Assembly (NCBI GenBank): GCA_965222375.1
Contig: CBDCTZ010000014.1
Span: forward strand, 128,001-192,000
Source: Polyangiaceae bacterium
Lineage (GTDB): Bacteria > Myxococcota_A > Polyangia > Polyangiales > Polyangiaceae
Reading direction: 5' to 3'
DNA: 64,000 bases
Part shown: positions 1 through 10,433 of the stretch, one piece after another
How the letters are laid out: every line of letters starts with the position of its first letter
Position numbering within the stretch: the stretch's first letter is position 1
Position numbers and translations under genes: made by a program
The notes under the pieces: model-generated
What the model was told of the DNA's origin: nothing
What the model saw: only the letters and a program-made list of their open reading frames with translations
Database searches by the model: none

Positions 1-820
<820 letters not shown>

Positions 821-832
821 GCCATCCGGGGC

Positions 833-2020
833 TCAGTAGGGCTTGGTTCGTCGCGGGGAGGGCGTCGTGCCATCCGACGCGAGGGGTTCATCATCCGACG
901 GTGGGGCGCCTTTCACGGTAGGGCGCACGGTTGTGCGCTCCGGCGCGTTGCTGTCATGAGCTCCCCCCACGTCCATAACGCCTCGCGCGTCTAGCGGGTT
1001 GCGTGGGCGCGCCCCGGAGTCTTCGCGGAGAGGCCGCGGGTTGCTCTGCGGGCGAGTGGCGGATGTCTCGCCCAGGGGCCGCGGGTTGCTCCGCGGGCGA
1101 GTGGCGGAAGTGGTTTCGGGTGGCCGCGGGTTGGTCCGTGGCCGAGTGGCGGACGTTGACTCGGGGGGTCGCGGATTGCTTCTGGTGCGCGCCCGCCCCG
1201 GTGTGCTCGGTCGCCGGGGCGCTCGCTCCGAGGGCGTGGCGTCCAGCTGGCCGTGCTCTGGCTCCTGGACCGAGTAGCCGGTGGGGGACAGCGTGCGCTT
1301 CGTCGTCGGCGCAACCTGGGATGAGCGCCGAGAGAAGATTGCGTCGACCTCTTCGGAAAGTGATGCCTGCTTGATGGATGTTCCCAGAGGGCGCGTCGAC
1401 CGCCGTGGCGGCTGAGAAGGGTCGGATTGTGAAGCCGGCGGCTCGGAGCGAGTGTGGAGAATCACGTCCACGCGAGCGGTTTCCCCACGGGTCTCACCGT
1501 AGACACGAAACTGTGGAGCTTGGCAGCGGGCGAAGCGCTGTGCTGCATGCACTGCGCCGACCGCGAGGTGTCGGACAATCCGCGTCATGCGGGGATGCCC
1601 TTCCGCTCCAACCTCGAGGCTCAAGCCGCTCGGTGTGCGCGAAAGCGCATACTTGATTGTCATGTTCAGAAAGGGATGCTGGAAAGGCACGCGGAGCCGG
1701 GCCAGCGTGCCGTGCAAGTCCCCGACGATGACGCTGCCCCCGCTTTGGCTCAGGGTTCGGGCCACGAATTCGGTTGCAAGCTCTTCGAGGAATCGGCCGC
1801 TGCCATCGCCGAGTTTGGTGTCGATGGCGTTCAGAAAATCCTCGACGTCCGCCAAGGGCACGGTTGCCGTGGGGCCTGCCTTGGCCAGGGATTCTTTGGA
1901 GCAGGTACTCCGGACGCGTTCCGGCAAGGCGCCGCACACGAACGCCACCGCTCCGGTTCCACGCTCGCGCTCCACAAGTGCGAGGACCTCCCGGACGAAC
2001 CCTGATCGTACCGATCCCAC
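833..2020 (-). CDS. Hypothetical protein: globular N-terminal half plus Pro/Arg/Thr-rich repetitive tail
   Basis: 395-aa ORF with about 4 repeats of RP(R/Q)(S/T)NPRP.ETSAT. Confidence 0.65.
   Translation of the reverse strand: MGSVRSGFVREVLALVERERGTGAVAFVCGALPERVRSTCSKESLAKAGPTATVPLADVEDFLNAIDTKLGDGSGRFLEELATEFVARTLSQSGGSVIVGDLHGTLARLRVPFQHPFLNMTIKYALSRTPSGLSLEVGAEGHPRMTRIVRHLAVGAVHAAQRFARCQAPQFRVYGETRGETARVDVILHTRSEPPASQSDPSQPPRRSTRPLGTSIKQASLSEEVDAIFSRRSSQVAPTTKRTLSPTGYSVQEPEHGQLDATPSERAPRRPSTPGRARTRSNPRPPESTSATRPRTNPRPPETTSATRPRSNPRPLGETSATRPQSNPRPLREDSGARPRNPLDARGVMDVGGAHDSNAPERTTVRPTVKGAPPSDDEPLASDGTTPSPRRTKPY
1030..1185. repeat. Intragenic 42-45 bp tandem repeat, ~4 copies
   Basis: Recurrent gcgggttgct(c/g)cgcgggcgagtggcgga units. 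Confidence 0.8.
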
Positions 2021-2135
2021 CGAAAGGCCAGTATAGGGACGGCTAGGGAGACTGTCGAAAGCACCCAGTTGTGCAGCATCTGCTCAACTGGCCCAATCTG
2101 CAAAAGGTTAGCGATTTCAGGCGGTTGTTTGTGGT

Positions 2136-3359
2136 TCAAGCGTTGCTGAGCGCACGTTCAAGGTCAGCGATGATGTCGACGCCGTCTTCGATGCCGACGC
2201 TGAGCCGGATCAGGCCCGCTTCGATCCCCACCGCGGCGAGCTGCTCGTCATCTAGCTCGTGGTAGCTCATGAGCGCCGGCTGCTCGATGAGGGTTTCGAC
2301 GCCACCCAAGGAAGGCGCGATGCGAGCGAGTTTGCAGGCATCCACGATGGCAGAAGCGTGGCTGCGGCCACCCTCGGCGACGAAACTCACGACGCCTCCA
2401 AATCCCTGCATTTGCCGAGCAGCAACCGCGTGGGTCGGGTGCGTCAGCAACCCGGGGTAGTGCACCCGCGTCACCTCGGCCCGCTGGGATAGGAACGTCG
2501 CTACTTCCATCGCGGTCTGGTTCTGCTGCATCACTCTCAGGGCCAGCGTCTTCAATCCGCGCCCAACGAGAAAGGCCGCATGGGGGTCGAGCACTCCACC
2601 CAAGACTCCCCGCATATCGCGAATCAAGGAAATCGTGTGGCTCGGCCCTGCGACGAAGCCTCCCAGCACGTCGTTGTGACCTGCAAGGTACTTTGTTGCG
2701 CTGTGCGCCACGAGTTCGATTCCGAAGCGAGCTGGGCGCAAATTGATGGGCGTGGCGAAAGTGGAATCGATCAGAGTCTTCACGCGACCATGCTGCTTGA
2801 CCACGGTGTTGAGCTCTTCCAGATCCGTACAATATAGATACGGGTTGGTTGGCGACTCGGCAACCACCAAGCGCGTTTGTGGGGTCAGTGCTGCCTGCAG
2901 CTCTTGAACGCCACCGGGAGCCACCAATGAGTGCTCGATGCCGTACCGCTCCAGTGTGCCCATGACCAGCTGTCGCGTGCGTCGATAGCACTCGCGAAAC
3001 AGAACCACGTGATCGCCAGATTTGAGCAGTGCGAGCATGACCGTGGACAAGGCGGCCATGCCGCTCGCGAAGCCAACGGCGTCGGCAGTGCCCTCCAGTT
3101 CCGCTACCCGGCGCTCCACCTCACGTACCGTCGGGTTGCCGTAGCGGCCGTATTCCTCTCGATCGGGATCGGAGTCCTGTCCGTTCATGTACCGTTCGAG
3201 GTCGGCGGTACTATCGAAAGTAAACGTCGCCGTCTGGGCGATCGCAGGGGCCAGACAATGATGAGCGCGCTCTTTCTCCGTGCCCGCGTGTACGGATTCA
3301 GTCGACGACGCGAAGCGCCCATCTTGGGGACGAGGAGTAGCCGGTTTGTCCGAGCTCAT
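2136..3359 (-). CDS. PLP-dependent trans-sulfuration enzyme (cystathionine gamma-synthase family)
   Basis: YGRYGNPT, FASGMAA, ESPTNP, DSTFATP, HSATKYLAGHND, SLGGVETL, LIRLSVGIED. Confidence 0.92.
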   Translation of the reverse strand: MSSDKPATPRPQDGRFASSTESVHAGTEKERAHHCLAPAIAQTATFTFDSTADLERYMNGQDSDPDREEYGRYGNPTVREVERRVAELEGTADAVGFASGMAALSTVMLALLKSGDHVVLFRECYRRTRQLVMGTLERYGIEHSLVAPGGVQELQAALTPQTRLVVAESPTNPYLYCTDLEELNTVVKQHGRVKTLIDSTFATPINLRPARFGIELVAHSATKYLAGHNDVLGGFVAGPSHTISLIRDMRGVLGGVLDPHAAFLVGRGLKTLALRVMQQNQTAMEVATFLSQRAEVTRVHYPGLLTHPTHAVAARQMQGFGGVVSFVAEGGRSHASAIVDACKLARIAPSLGGVETLIEQPALMSYHELDDEQLAAVGIEAGLIRLSVGIEDGVDIIADLERALSNA

Positions 3360-5089
3360 TTCGGCTCGAGAGCTTGCTGCATCGCCGTCACGCGATCCGC
3401 GATGAGCTTGGCAGCCTGCGCCAGTTCGACGAGTTCCGCCTTCTTGGGATCGGGTTCCGACCGCGGTTTTAGCTCGACGCCGCCACGTTCCAAGCTTTTC
3501 TTGCCGATCGTTGCTCGCAGTGGGATTCCAATCAGGTCCGCATCCTTGAATTTGACGCCGGGCCGCAACGCCCGATCATCAACGAGTACGGAGAGGCCCA
3601 GCGCTTCCAGGTCGTGTTCCAGCTGCGTGACGGCGTCGACTACCTCGGGCTCGGTCCCGAGCTGAACCACGGCAACCTGGTACGGGGCCAGACTGATCGG
3701 CCAGCAGATGCCGTTGTCGTCGTTGAATTGCTCGACGGCGGTGGCGACGAGGCGTGAAACGCCAATGCCGTAACAGCCCATCACCAAGACGCGCTTTTCA
3801 CCGGCGTCATCCAGATAGGTTGCGCCCATCTTGTTGGAGTAGTGGGTGCCCAACAAGAAGATGTGGCCGGCTTCGATGCCTCGATAGATGGCGAGGCTGC
3901 CGTCGCTGCAGTTTGGACAGTGGTCTGCCGCCTTGACGCTGCGGATGTCTGCAACCTGGCCGCTGAAGTCGCGGCCGGGCGAGACATTCTTGAAGTGATA
4001 GTCAGTCTCGTTGGCGCCCGTGATGCCGACAGCCACGGCTTGGGCGTTCCAGTCGACGATGAGCTTGCCTTTGAACCCGACCGGGCCTGCGAAGCCAACG
4101 CCGGCACCCGTGGCCTCTTTGACGACTTCCGCGCCCGCCAGGAACACCTCACCTACACCCAAGGCTTTGGCGAGTTTGATTTCGTTGATCTCGTCGTCTC
4201 CGCGCACAACCGCCATGATCGTTTCTTGGCCTGCGACGTAGATGAGGCTTTTCAGGAACACATCGGGAGAAGCCCCCAAGAATGCGCTCACTTCGTCGAT
4301 GGTCCCGGCGTTGGGGGTGTGGACCTTTTCTGGAGCGGCGGGTTCCTCCGAAGATTGGGCAGGCTCTTGCTCAGGGGTTGTGGCTACTTCCAGGTTGGCG
4401 GCGTAATCACACTGGTCGCAAGCCGCGATGGAGTCCTCACCACTCTGAACCAAGACCTGGAACTCCGCGCTACCGCTGCCGCCCATGGCGCCCGAGTCCG
4501 CGCTGACCATTCGATAGGTCAGCCCCATGCGATCGAAGATGCGCGTATATGCCACCCGCATCTTCTCGTAGCTTTGCTTGGCGCTTTCTTCGTCCGTGTC
4601 GAAGGAATACGCGTCCTTCATCGTGAACTCGCGACAGCGCAGCAGGCCGCCTCGAGGGCGGGGCTCGTCTCGGAACTTGGTTTGAATCTGGTACAGGTTC
4701 TTCGGCAGGTCGCGATAGCTATGGAGCTCTCGACGAGCCATGTCGGTAATGATCTCTTCGTGGGTGGGGCCCAGGTGATAGTCGCTGCCCTTGCGATCCT
4801 TGAGACGCAGCAGATTGTCGCCGAAGAGGTCCCAGCGTCCGGTTTCGCGGAAGTAGTCCGAGGGCAGCAGCGCGGGGAGCAACACTTCGAGAGCGCCGGC
4901 GCGATCCATTTCCTCGCGCACGATGGCTTCGACGGCGCGCAGAACCCGGACCCCAAGCGGCAAGAAGCTGTAGATCCCGGCACCGACCCTGCGCACATAA
5001 CCGGCGCGCAGAAGTAGGACGTGGCTGACGCTGGTGGCGTCGGAGGGAGCTTCTTTGAGGGTGGGGGCGAGGGCGCTGGAGAGCCGCAT
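3356..5089 (-). CDS. proS: Proline--tRNA ligase (bacterial type with editing domain)
   Basis: LGPTHEE, YQIQTKFRDEPRPRGGLLRCREF, GIEAGHIFLLGT, MGCYGIGVSR; start placed at ATG 5089 (MRLSSALAPTLKE). Confidence 0.97.
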   Translation of the reverse strand: MRLSSALAPTLKEAPSDATSVSHVLLLRAGYVRRVGAGIYSFLPLGVRVLRAVEAIVREEMDRAGALEVLLPALLPSDYFRETGRWDLFGDNLLRLKDRKGSDYHLGPTHEEIITDMARRELHSYRDLPKNLYQIQTKFRDEPRPRGGLLRCREFTMKDAYSFDTDEESAKQSYEKMRVAYTRIFDRMGLTYRMVSADSGAMGGSGSAEFQVLVQSGEDSIAACDQCDYAANLEVATTPEQEPAQSSEEPAAPEKVHTPNAGTIDEVSAFLGASPDVFLKSLIYVAGQETIMAVVRGDDEINEIKLAKALGVGEVFLAGAEVVKEATGAGVGFAGPVGFKGKLIVDWNAQAVAVGITGANETDYHFKNVSPGRDFSGQVADIRSVKAADHCPNCSDGSLAIYRGIEAGHIFLLGTHYSNKMGATYLDDAGEKRVLVMGCYGIGVSRLVATAVEQFNDDNGICWPISLAPYQVAVVQLGTEPEVVDAVTQLEHDLEALGLSVLVDDRALRPGVKFKDADLIGIPLRATIGKKSLERGGVELKPRSEPDPKKAELVELAQAAKLIADRVTAMQQALEPK

Positions 5090-5267
5090 GGTGGCTGCCT
5101 GCCTAGCACAGCGCTCCGAGGGACGGCGCGGAAGCGGGCGGCCCCGACCCCGGCCACGAAAGCTCTCATTTTCCCGACGTTTCTTCGGGTTTTGACACAC
5201 TGCAGCATTTTGACTACATCAGCGCACGATGTAGGGGCGTGTCATCTAGGGACCCCGGGAGCTTGTC

Positions 5268-6434
5268 ATGTTCAAAAAGACCCTGCCTTTCTTCGCTTTT
5301 GCTCTTCTCGGCTGCAGCGCAGCGACCGAGGAAATTGGCCCTCTGCCGGAACCCGATGGAGAGGCCGTCGCCGAAGAACTGTCCGGTGACGTGAGCACGT
5401 ACTTCATCGTCGCACGCCAGGACTATCGCAAGTGCATGTACCCCCACTGTGGCGGCTACTTCGTCCGACGGGTCAATCGCCTGTTCACGCGCTGCGCTGA
5501 TGGCTATTGGCGTGGTGAGTGTCACGCCGTCGACGTCGACCTCTCGTCACTCGGCCTGAGCGAGCAGGCGGCCAAGGATTTTCGAAGTGGCACCTTCGGG
5601 GCGGGCAAGGGTCTGGTTCGAGGTGAGCTCGAAGTCATTGATGGGGCCCATACCCTCGTCGCGAGCGAGGCCTGGGTCGGGGAAAGTAAGTCGAAGCCTT
5701 ACGGTGGCATTTGGCGTGTCGAGGACAGCGGCATCGTCTGCATCACCTACCCTTGCGTGAGTTTCACGGAGACCCTACTGAACCATGGCTACAAGCGCCA
5801 GATCCACAGTGTCGATCTAGCTGCTTCCGGTGCGGACGCGAATAGCGTCAGCAGCGGCTACCAGGAACTCGCCGATGACGGCATTCTGGTCGCGGGACTG
5901 CACTGGAAGACCTGGGGCCCGGCGGGCTGGGGCATCGATCTGCGTGCCTCGGAGTTCTACACGCGGCTCGAAGGCAAGCCCTACTGTGCGACCACCTACG
6001 TGAACGCGCCCTACGTGAACTCCCCAACCTTCTACGCCAAGAACTTCGGTTCCGAGAAGAGCGCCTGGGCGTGGCTGTCGCAGAGCTTTCCCCACGGCGA
6101 GGGTAGCCAGGTCATTGAGGGGGCCTGCAACCAGCCTCGCGCTTGTATCAAGCTGTACAAGCCCGTGTGCGGCGTCGTGAAAGATTCGCCGGAAGCGGCC
6201 TACGGGAATTCTTGCGAGTTCGAATCGGCGTTGATGGCCGACGCTGGAAGCGACGGCGAGAGCAAGGGCTTCTACACCGATGGCGCCTGCGCCCCCGCTT
6301 GCGATTACGAAGACCCGAGTCGCGAGTACGTCGCGCAAAGCTCAGCCCAGTGCGCGACCATCAAGTTCTTCTGCGAGGTCGGGACGCCGTTCTCCGACGC
6401 CTGTGGCTGCGGCTGTCTGCTGCCCAGCAAGTGA
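5268..6434 (+). CDS. Cys-rich lipoprotein with a Kazal-like segment
   Basis: Lipobox LLGC; DYRKCMYPHCGGYF, CITYPC, CIKLYKPVCG...YGNSC. Confidence 0.7.
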   Translation: MFKKTLPFFAFALLGCSAATEEIGPLPEPDGEAVAEELSGDVSTYFIVARQDYRKCMYPHCGGYFVRRVNRLFTRCADGYWRGECHAVDVDLSSLGLSEQAAKDFRSGTFGAGKGLVRGELEVIDGAHTLVASEAWVGESKSKPYGGIWRVEDSGIVCITYPCVSFTETLLNHGYKRQIHSVDLAASGADANSVSSGYQELADDGILVAGLHWKTWGPAGWGIDLRASEFYTRLEGKPYCATTYVNAPYVNSPTFYAKNFGSEKSAWAWLSQSFPHGEGSQVIEGACNQPRACIKLYKPVCGVVKDSPEAAYGNSCEFESALMADAGSDGESKGFYTDGACAPACDYEDPSREYVAQSSAQCATIKFFCEVGTPFSDACGCGCLLPSK

Positions 6435-6540
6435 GACCCAGCTCCCGGGAGCTCACTAATGGGGATTCATGCACGATTTTAGTAAACAATAATCTTAAAG
6501 AAATCAGGTAAAATTCTTAGTTTTGCCACGCTGCTGGGTA

Positions 6541-6565
6541 ATTCCCGACTTGTATTACCGGAAAT
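6541..6565. promoter_or_regulatory. Putative Rrf2-family (IscR/CymR-like) operator in an AT-rich promoter
   Basis: ATTCCCGACTTGTATTACCGGAAAT, a 25-bp imperfect palindrome ~55 bp upstream of the reductase start. Confidence 0.4.
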
Positions 6566-6619
6566 AGGGTTCAATCTTTCCTCACGGCCGCCGCAAAGGC
6601 TGCGCGTGAGGAAGACAGC

Positions 6620-8875
6620 ATGACCCCGCCACTGACCTGGAAAGAGCGCCTCGTGCCGAAGATCCGCGAGGACTGGGCACGAGAGATAGAAGTTTTCGAG
6701 ACCCAGATCGCACTGCGCAAGCAGGGCAAGATCGAAGAGAAGCTGTTCGCCGAAACTCGACTGCGCCGCGGTGTGTATGGCCAACGCTACGACAACGGAA
6801 CTCGCCACAACGGTAAAGAAGCGCAGGTTCTCGCCTTCCCCGAGAACGCGACCAAGGGTCCGAGCACGGTTTGGGATGCGCCGGGCATGCTCAGGATCAA
6901 GATCCCGTTTGGGAAGATCACAGCGGAACAGCTCGACGTGATGGCCGATCTGGCCGACGAGTATTCCGACGCCATCCTGCACGTGACGACCCGCCAAGAC
7001 ATCCAGCTGCACTTCGTCCACATCGAAGACACGCCGGATTTGATGCGTCGCCTGGCTGCGGTTGGCATCACCACCCGCGAAGCGTGCGGTAACAGCGTTC
7101 GTAACGTGACGGCATGTCCCTACGCCGGCACGTGCCACACGGAAGCCTTCGATGTGACACCGTATGCCAACGCGCTCACGTTCTTTCTGCTTGGCCACGA
7201 TGACACTCAGGATTTCGGGCGCAAGTTCAAGGTCGCTTTTAGCGGCTGCAAGGACGAGCCCTGCGGCTTGACGAATTTTCACGACCTCGGGCTCGTGGGC
7301 AAGACCCGTCAGATCGATGGCAAGACTGTGCGTGGCTTCGAGTTTTGGGTCGGGGGCGGCCTAGGCAGCGTTCCTCAATCGGCCAAGCTGCTTCAGGAGT
7401 TCGTGACCGAAGAAGAGCTATTCCCCTTGAGTCAGGCGATGTGCCGCGTGTTTGCGCGCTTGGGGGAGAAGGAGAATCGAAGCCGCGCTCGCCTCAAGTT
7501 CCTGGTGAAGAAGCTTGGAATCGAGGAGTTTCGCCGCCTCGTGCTGGAAGAGCGGGCGACGCTTCGGCCCGATCCCCGCTGGACGGACTACCTCTCGGAT
7601 CTGGGCCTCGTGGAAGAAAAGCCCAAGAAGGGAGCGGCGCCCCTGGCGGAAAACGCCGCGGTCGGTGAAGCCTTCCAAGCCTGGCGAAGCTCGAACGTTC
7701 GCGCGCAGGCTCAGAACGGATACGCCATCGCGACCATCACGCTGCCCTTGGGAGATTTTTCCAGCACGCAGGCGCGCGCCATCGCCGATCTCGCCCGCAA
7801 GTACACCGGGGACACGCTGCGAGCGACCGTCGATCAGAACATCTTGTTCCGATGGGTGCCCGAAGCCGACTTGCCCGAACTATACGAAACCCTCTGCGCT
7901 CTCGGACTGTCCGAAGGCGGAGCAGGAACCCTTACCGATGTGACGGCATGCCCGGGTACCGATACCTGCAAGTTGGGCATTTCGAGTTCCCGCGGACTGG
8001 CAGGTGAGCTGAGGCGGCACCTCAATGTGCTAGGCGCCGAAGTTCCAGAAGCAGCGCGAGGGCTCCTCGTCAAGTGCAGCGGCTGCTTCAATGCATGCGG
8101 CCAACATCATGTGGCCGACATTGGCTTCCTCGGCGTGAGTCGAAACGTCAACGGCAAGCGTGTTCCGCACTTCCAATTGGTGGTTGGCGGGCAGTGGACC
8201 GAGAACGCCGCGGCGTTCGGGTTGGCCATTGGCGCTCTGCCCTCCAAGAACATCCCCAAAGTGGTCGACCGGCTGACTCGGCACTACTCCGAGAATCGCC
8301 AAGACGGTGAGACCTATCGCCGCTTCGTCGAGCGCGTCGGCAAGAAGGCGATTCGCGCTTTGGTCGAGGAGCTGATTGAGGTCCCGGTCTATGGGGATGA
8401 CCGTAGCTTCTACAGTGACTGGGGGGATCCGCGCGAATACACCATCGATGACATGGGAGTCGGCGAGTGCGCGGGCGAAGTCATTCCCTTCGTTCAAATG
8501 GGGCTGGCAGCGAGCGAGCGCGAAGTATTCGAAGCGCAACTCCTCCTCGACCAAGGTCAAGCCGAGGAAGCTGCTCGCCGTGCCTATCAGGCCATGTTGT
8601 CGGCGGCGCGGGCCCTGACTCGTGAGAAAAACGCGAACCTGGGCGAGGAGCCGGACGAGATCGTACGCGAGTTCAAGTCGCATCTGGTGGATACCAAGTT
8701 GTTCTGGGACCAATACGCGGGCGGCAAGTTCAGCCAGTTCCTCTTTGGTATTCACGGATCGGGGTTGAATGTCGCCGACGTGGATGGTGCCCACGAGGTC
8801 ATCGAAGAGGCGCAGCTTTTCATCGACGCTGCTCACCAGTGCTACACACGTTTGGGAAGCGCGCTTTCCGCGTGA
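6620..8875 (+). CDS. Siroheme/[4Fe-4S] sulfite or nitrite reductase with C-terminal HEPN-like extension
   Basis: MLRIKIPFG, HVTTRQDIQLH, REACGNSVRNV, RKFKVAFSGC, ACPGTDTCKLG, SGCFNACGQH. Confidence 0.9.
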   Translation: MTPPLTWKERLVPKIREDWAREIEVFETQIALRKQGKIEEKLFAETRLRRGVYGQRYDNGTRHNGKEAQVLAFPENATKGPSTVWDAPGMLRIKIPFGKITAEQLDVMADLADEYSDAILHVTTRQDIQLHFVHIEDTPDLMRRLAAVGITTREACGNSVRNVTACPYAGTCHTEAFDVTPYANALTFFLLGHDDTQDFGRKFKVAFSGCKDEPCGLTNFHDLGLVGKTRQIDGKTVRGFEFWVGGGLGSVPQSAKLLQEFVTEEELFPLSQAMCRVFARLGEKENRSRARLKFLVKKLGIEEFRRLVLEERATLRPDPRWTDYLSDLGLVEEKPKKGAAPLAENAAVGEAFQAWRSSNVRAQAQNGYAIATITLPLGDFSSTQARAIADLARKYTGDTLRATVDQNILFRWVPEADLPELYETLCALGLSEGGAGTLTDVTACPGTDTCKLGISSSRGLAGELRRHLNVLGAEVPEAARGLLVKCSGCFNACGQHHVADIGFLGVSRNVNGKRVPHFQLVVGGQWTENAAAFGLAIGALPSKNIPKVVDRLTRHYSENRQDGETYRRFVERVGKKAIRALVEELIEVPVYGDDRSFYSDWGDPREYTIDDMGVGECAGEVIPFVQMGLAASEREVFEAQLLLDQGQAEEAARRAYQAMLSAARALTREKNANLGEEPDEIVREFKSHLVDTKLFWDQYAGGKFSQFLFGIHGSGLNVADVDGAHEVIEEAQLFIDAAHQCYTRLGSALSA

Positions 8876-8886
8876 CCGGGGCTACA

Positions 8887-9450
8887 ATGGAATTCGAACA
8901 CCTGGCCCTCAAGCTCTATGTGTCCGAGCCGGAAGGGTTGCGGATGCCGGCGGTGACCAACGCCTTCCACGACTTCATCAGTTCCGATGCCCTTGGCGAG
9001 TTACTCATCGACACCGTGGACTACACCCATGTGCATCACGGCCCCGGCGTCGTCCTGATTGGCCATGCCTCGGACTACGCCCTGGATCTGTCTGAAGGGC
9101 GGCCGGGTCTGTCCTGTACGCGCAAGCGGGACCACGCGCCGGCTGCTTCACGCGCTGAAGATCTACTGCGCCGTACGCTTGCGACCGCGGACAAGCTCGA
9201 GCAGCACTCTGAGGTGGGCGCGAAGTTCCGGACCAACGAGTTTCGCTTCACGGTGGCGGATCGCTTGAAGCTAACTCGCAGTCGAGACCCATTTGCCGCC
9301 GCCAAAGAGGCATGGGCCCCGCTTTTGGAAAGGGTTTTCGGCATCGAGCCGAGCCTGAGTCAGGAGGGCGACGCGCGGCAGCCTTTCACGGTGCGTGCTC
9401 GGCTGTCGACTGAGTTGAGCGCGTCGGAAGCACTTCAACGCCTGAGCTGA
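8887..9450 (+). CDS. Hypothetical protein, probably co-transcribed with the reductase
   Basis: ATG 12 bp after the upstream stop; LIDTVDYTHVHHGPGVVLIGH motif. Confidence 0.7.
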   Translation: MEFEHLALKLYVSEPEGLRMPAVTNAFHDFISSDALGELLIDTVDYTHVHHGPGVVLIGHASDYALDLSEGRPGLSCTRKRDHAPAASRAEDLLRRTLATADKLEQHSEVGAKFRTNEFRFTVADRLKLTRSRDPFAAAKEAWAPLLERVFGIEPSLSQEGDARQPFTVRARLSTELSASEALQRLS

Positions 9451-9459
9451 CGTGGACGG

Positions 9460-10380
9460 CTAGGCAGCCAGTTCCGAGATGGCTCGGTCTAGTTGCGTCC
9501 AGCTGCGCGTGGCCCGGTAGCGCTCGTCAGTCACCCGAACGCCCTCGGATCCCATTCCACCCACCCACAGCTGCACTCGGGTGGGCAGCTTCTGAAGCAG
9601 AAGCCCTATCTGAGCTAGGATGGTCTTGGCATCGGCGCCCGTCGCGACGGAAAGTCCAATGGCATCCACGTGGAGCCCCAGAGCAGCGTCGACGATTTGG
9701 TCGACCGGCGTATCGGTGCCGAGCAGCCTTGGAGTGGCGTTGGAAAGGGCGATGAACAGCGCTGCCATTTCCAGGCCCAGCCCGTGCTGCTCCCCGGGCA
9801 GGGTCGCGAGCAGCACCAAAGGGCGTCGGGTCGACCCCTCGTAAGCTGACAACAGCAGGCGCAGCTGGGTCGTCAGGGCTTCGGTCAGCATGTGTTCGTG
9901 TCGGATGTCCAACCGGCGTTGAGCCCATTCGTCGCCGACTCCGGAGACGAGGGCCCCGGCCACATCCGTAATGAAACGCTTGGGTCCGTGGGTCGCCACG
10001 GCTTGGCGGAGTTCAGTCCGCAAGCCGTCCGCGTTGTCGTGGCGCACGCAATCCAAAATGGAGGCAACCATCGAGCTCTCATCCGTCGACGGTCGCTCTT
10101 CGACGACAGCTTCGCTCAGCAATTTGCGAAGGGATTCCACGTCTTGCGGCACGACTTCACCTGCCCGGTAGCCGCTCTTCAGCGCTCGGGCGATCAGGGT
10201 GAGTCGCTCGACGTCGTCTTTCGAGTACACTCGTACCCGGGAAGCGTTTCTTGCAGGTTTGGGGAATCCGTAGCGCCGTTCCCACATTCTCAGCGTGTCA
10301 GCCGAAAGCCCCGTCAAACGAGATGCAATCCGAATGGAGTACCCCGCGCCCTCACCACTCTCTTGGGATTCGGTCATCAT
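9460..10380 (-). CDS. MerR-family regulator with cobalamin-binding domain (CarH/CarA/LitR-like)
   Basis: MerR HTH (TLRMWERRYGFPKPAR), W-x9-EH motif and GEQHGLGLEM B12-binding motif. Confidence 0.88.
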   Translation of the reverse strand: MMTESQESGEGAGYSIRIASRLTGLSADTLRMWERRYGFPKPARNASRVRVYSKDDVERLTLIARALKSGYRAGEVVPQDVESLRKLLSEAVVEERPSTDESSMVASILDCVRHDNADGLRTELRQAVATHGPKRFITDVAGALVSGVGDEWAQRRLDIRHEHMLTEALTTQLRLLLSAYEGSTRRPLVLLATLPGEQHGLGLEMAALFIALSNATPRLLGTDTPVDQIVDAALGLHVDAIGLSVATGADAKTILAQIGLLLQKLPTRVQLWVGGMGSEGVRVTDERYRATRSWTQLDRAISELAA

Positions 10381-10433
10381 CTCTAAGATGGGTCATAGTC
10401 CTAGACAAACCTACGTCAAGATGTGCCGGGCAA

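Noticed and set aside
3842..5017. Long antisense ORFs (also 18144-19112, 20595-21731, 24766-25908, 59017-60255, 62683-63894)
   Set aside because: Shadow ORFs opposite well-supported genes, expected from high-GC codon bias.
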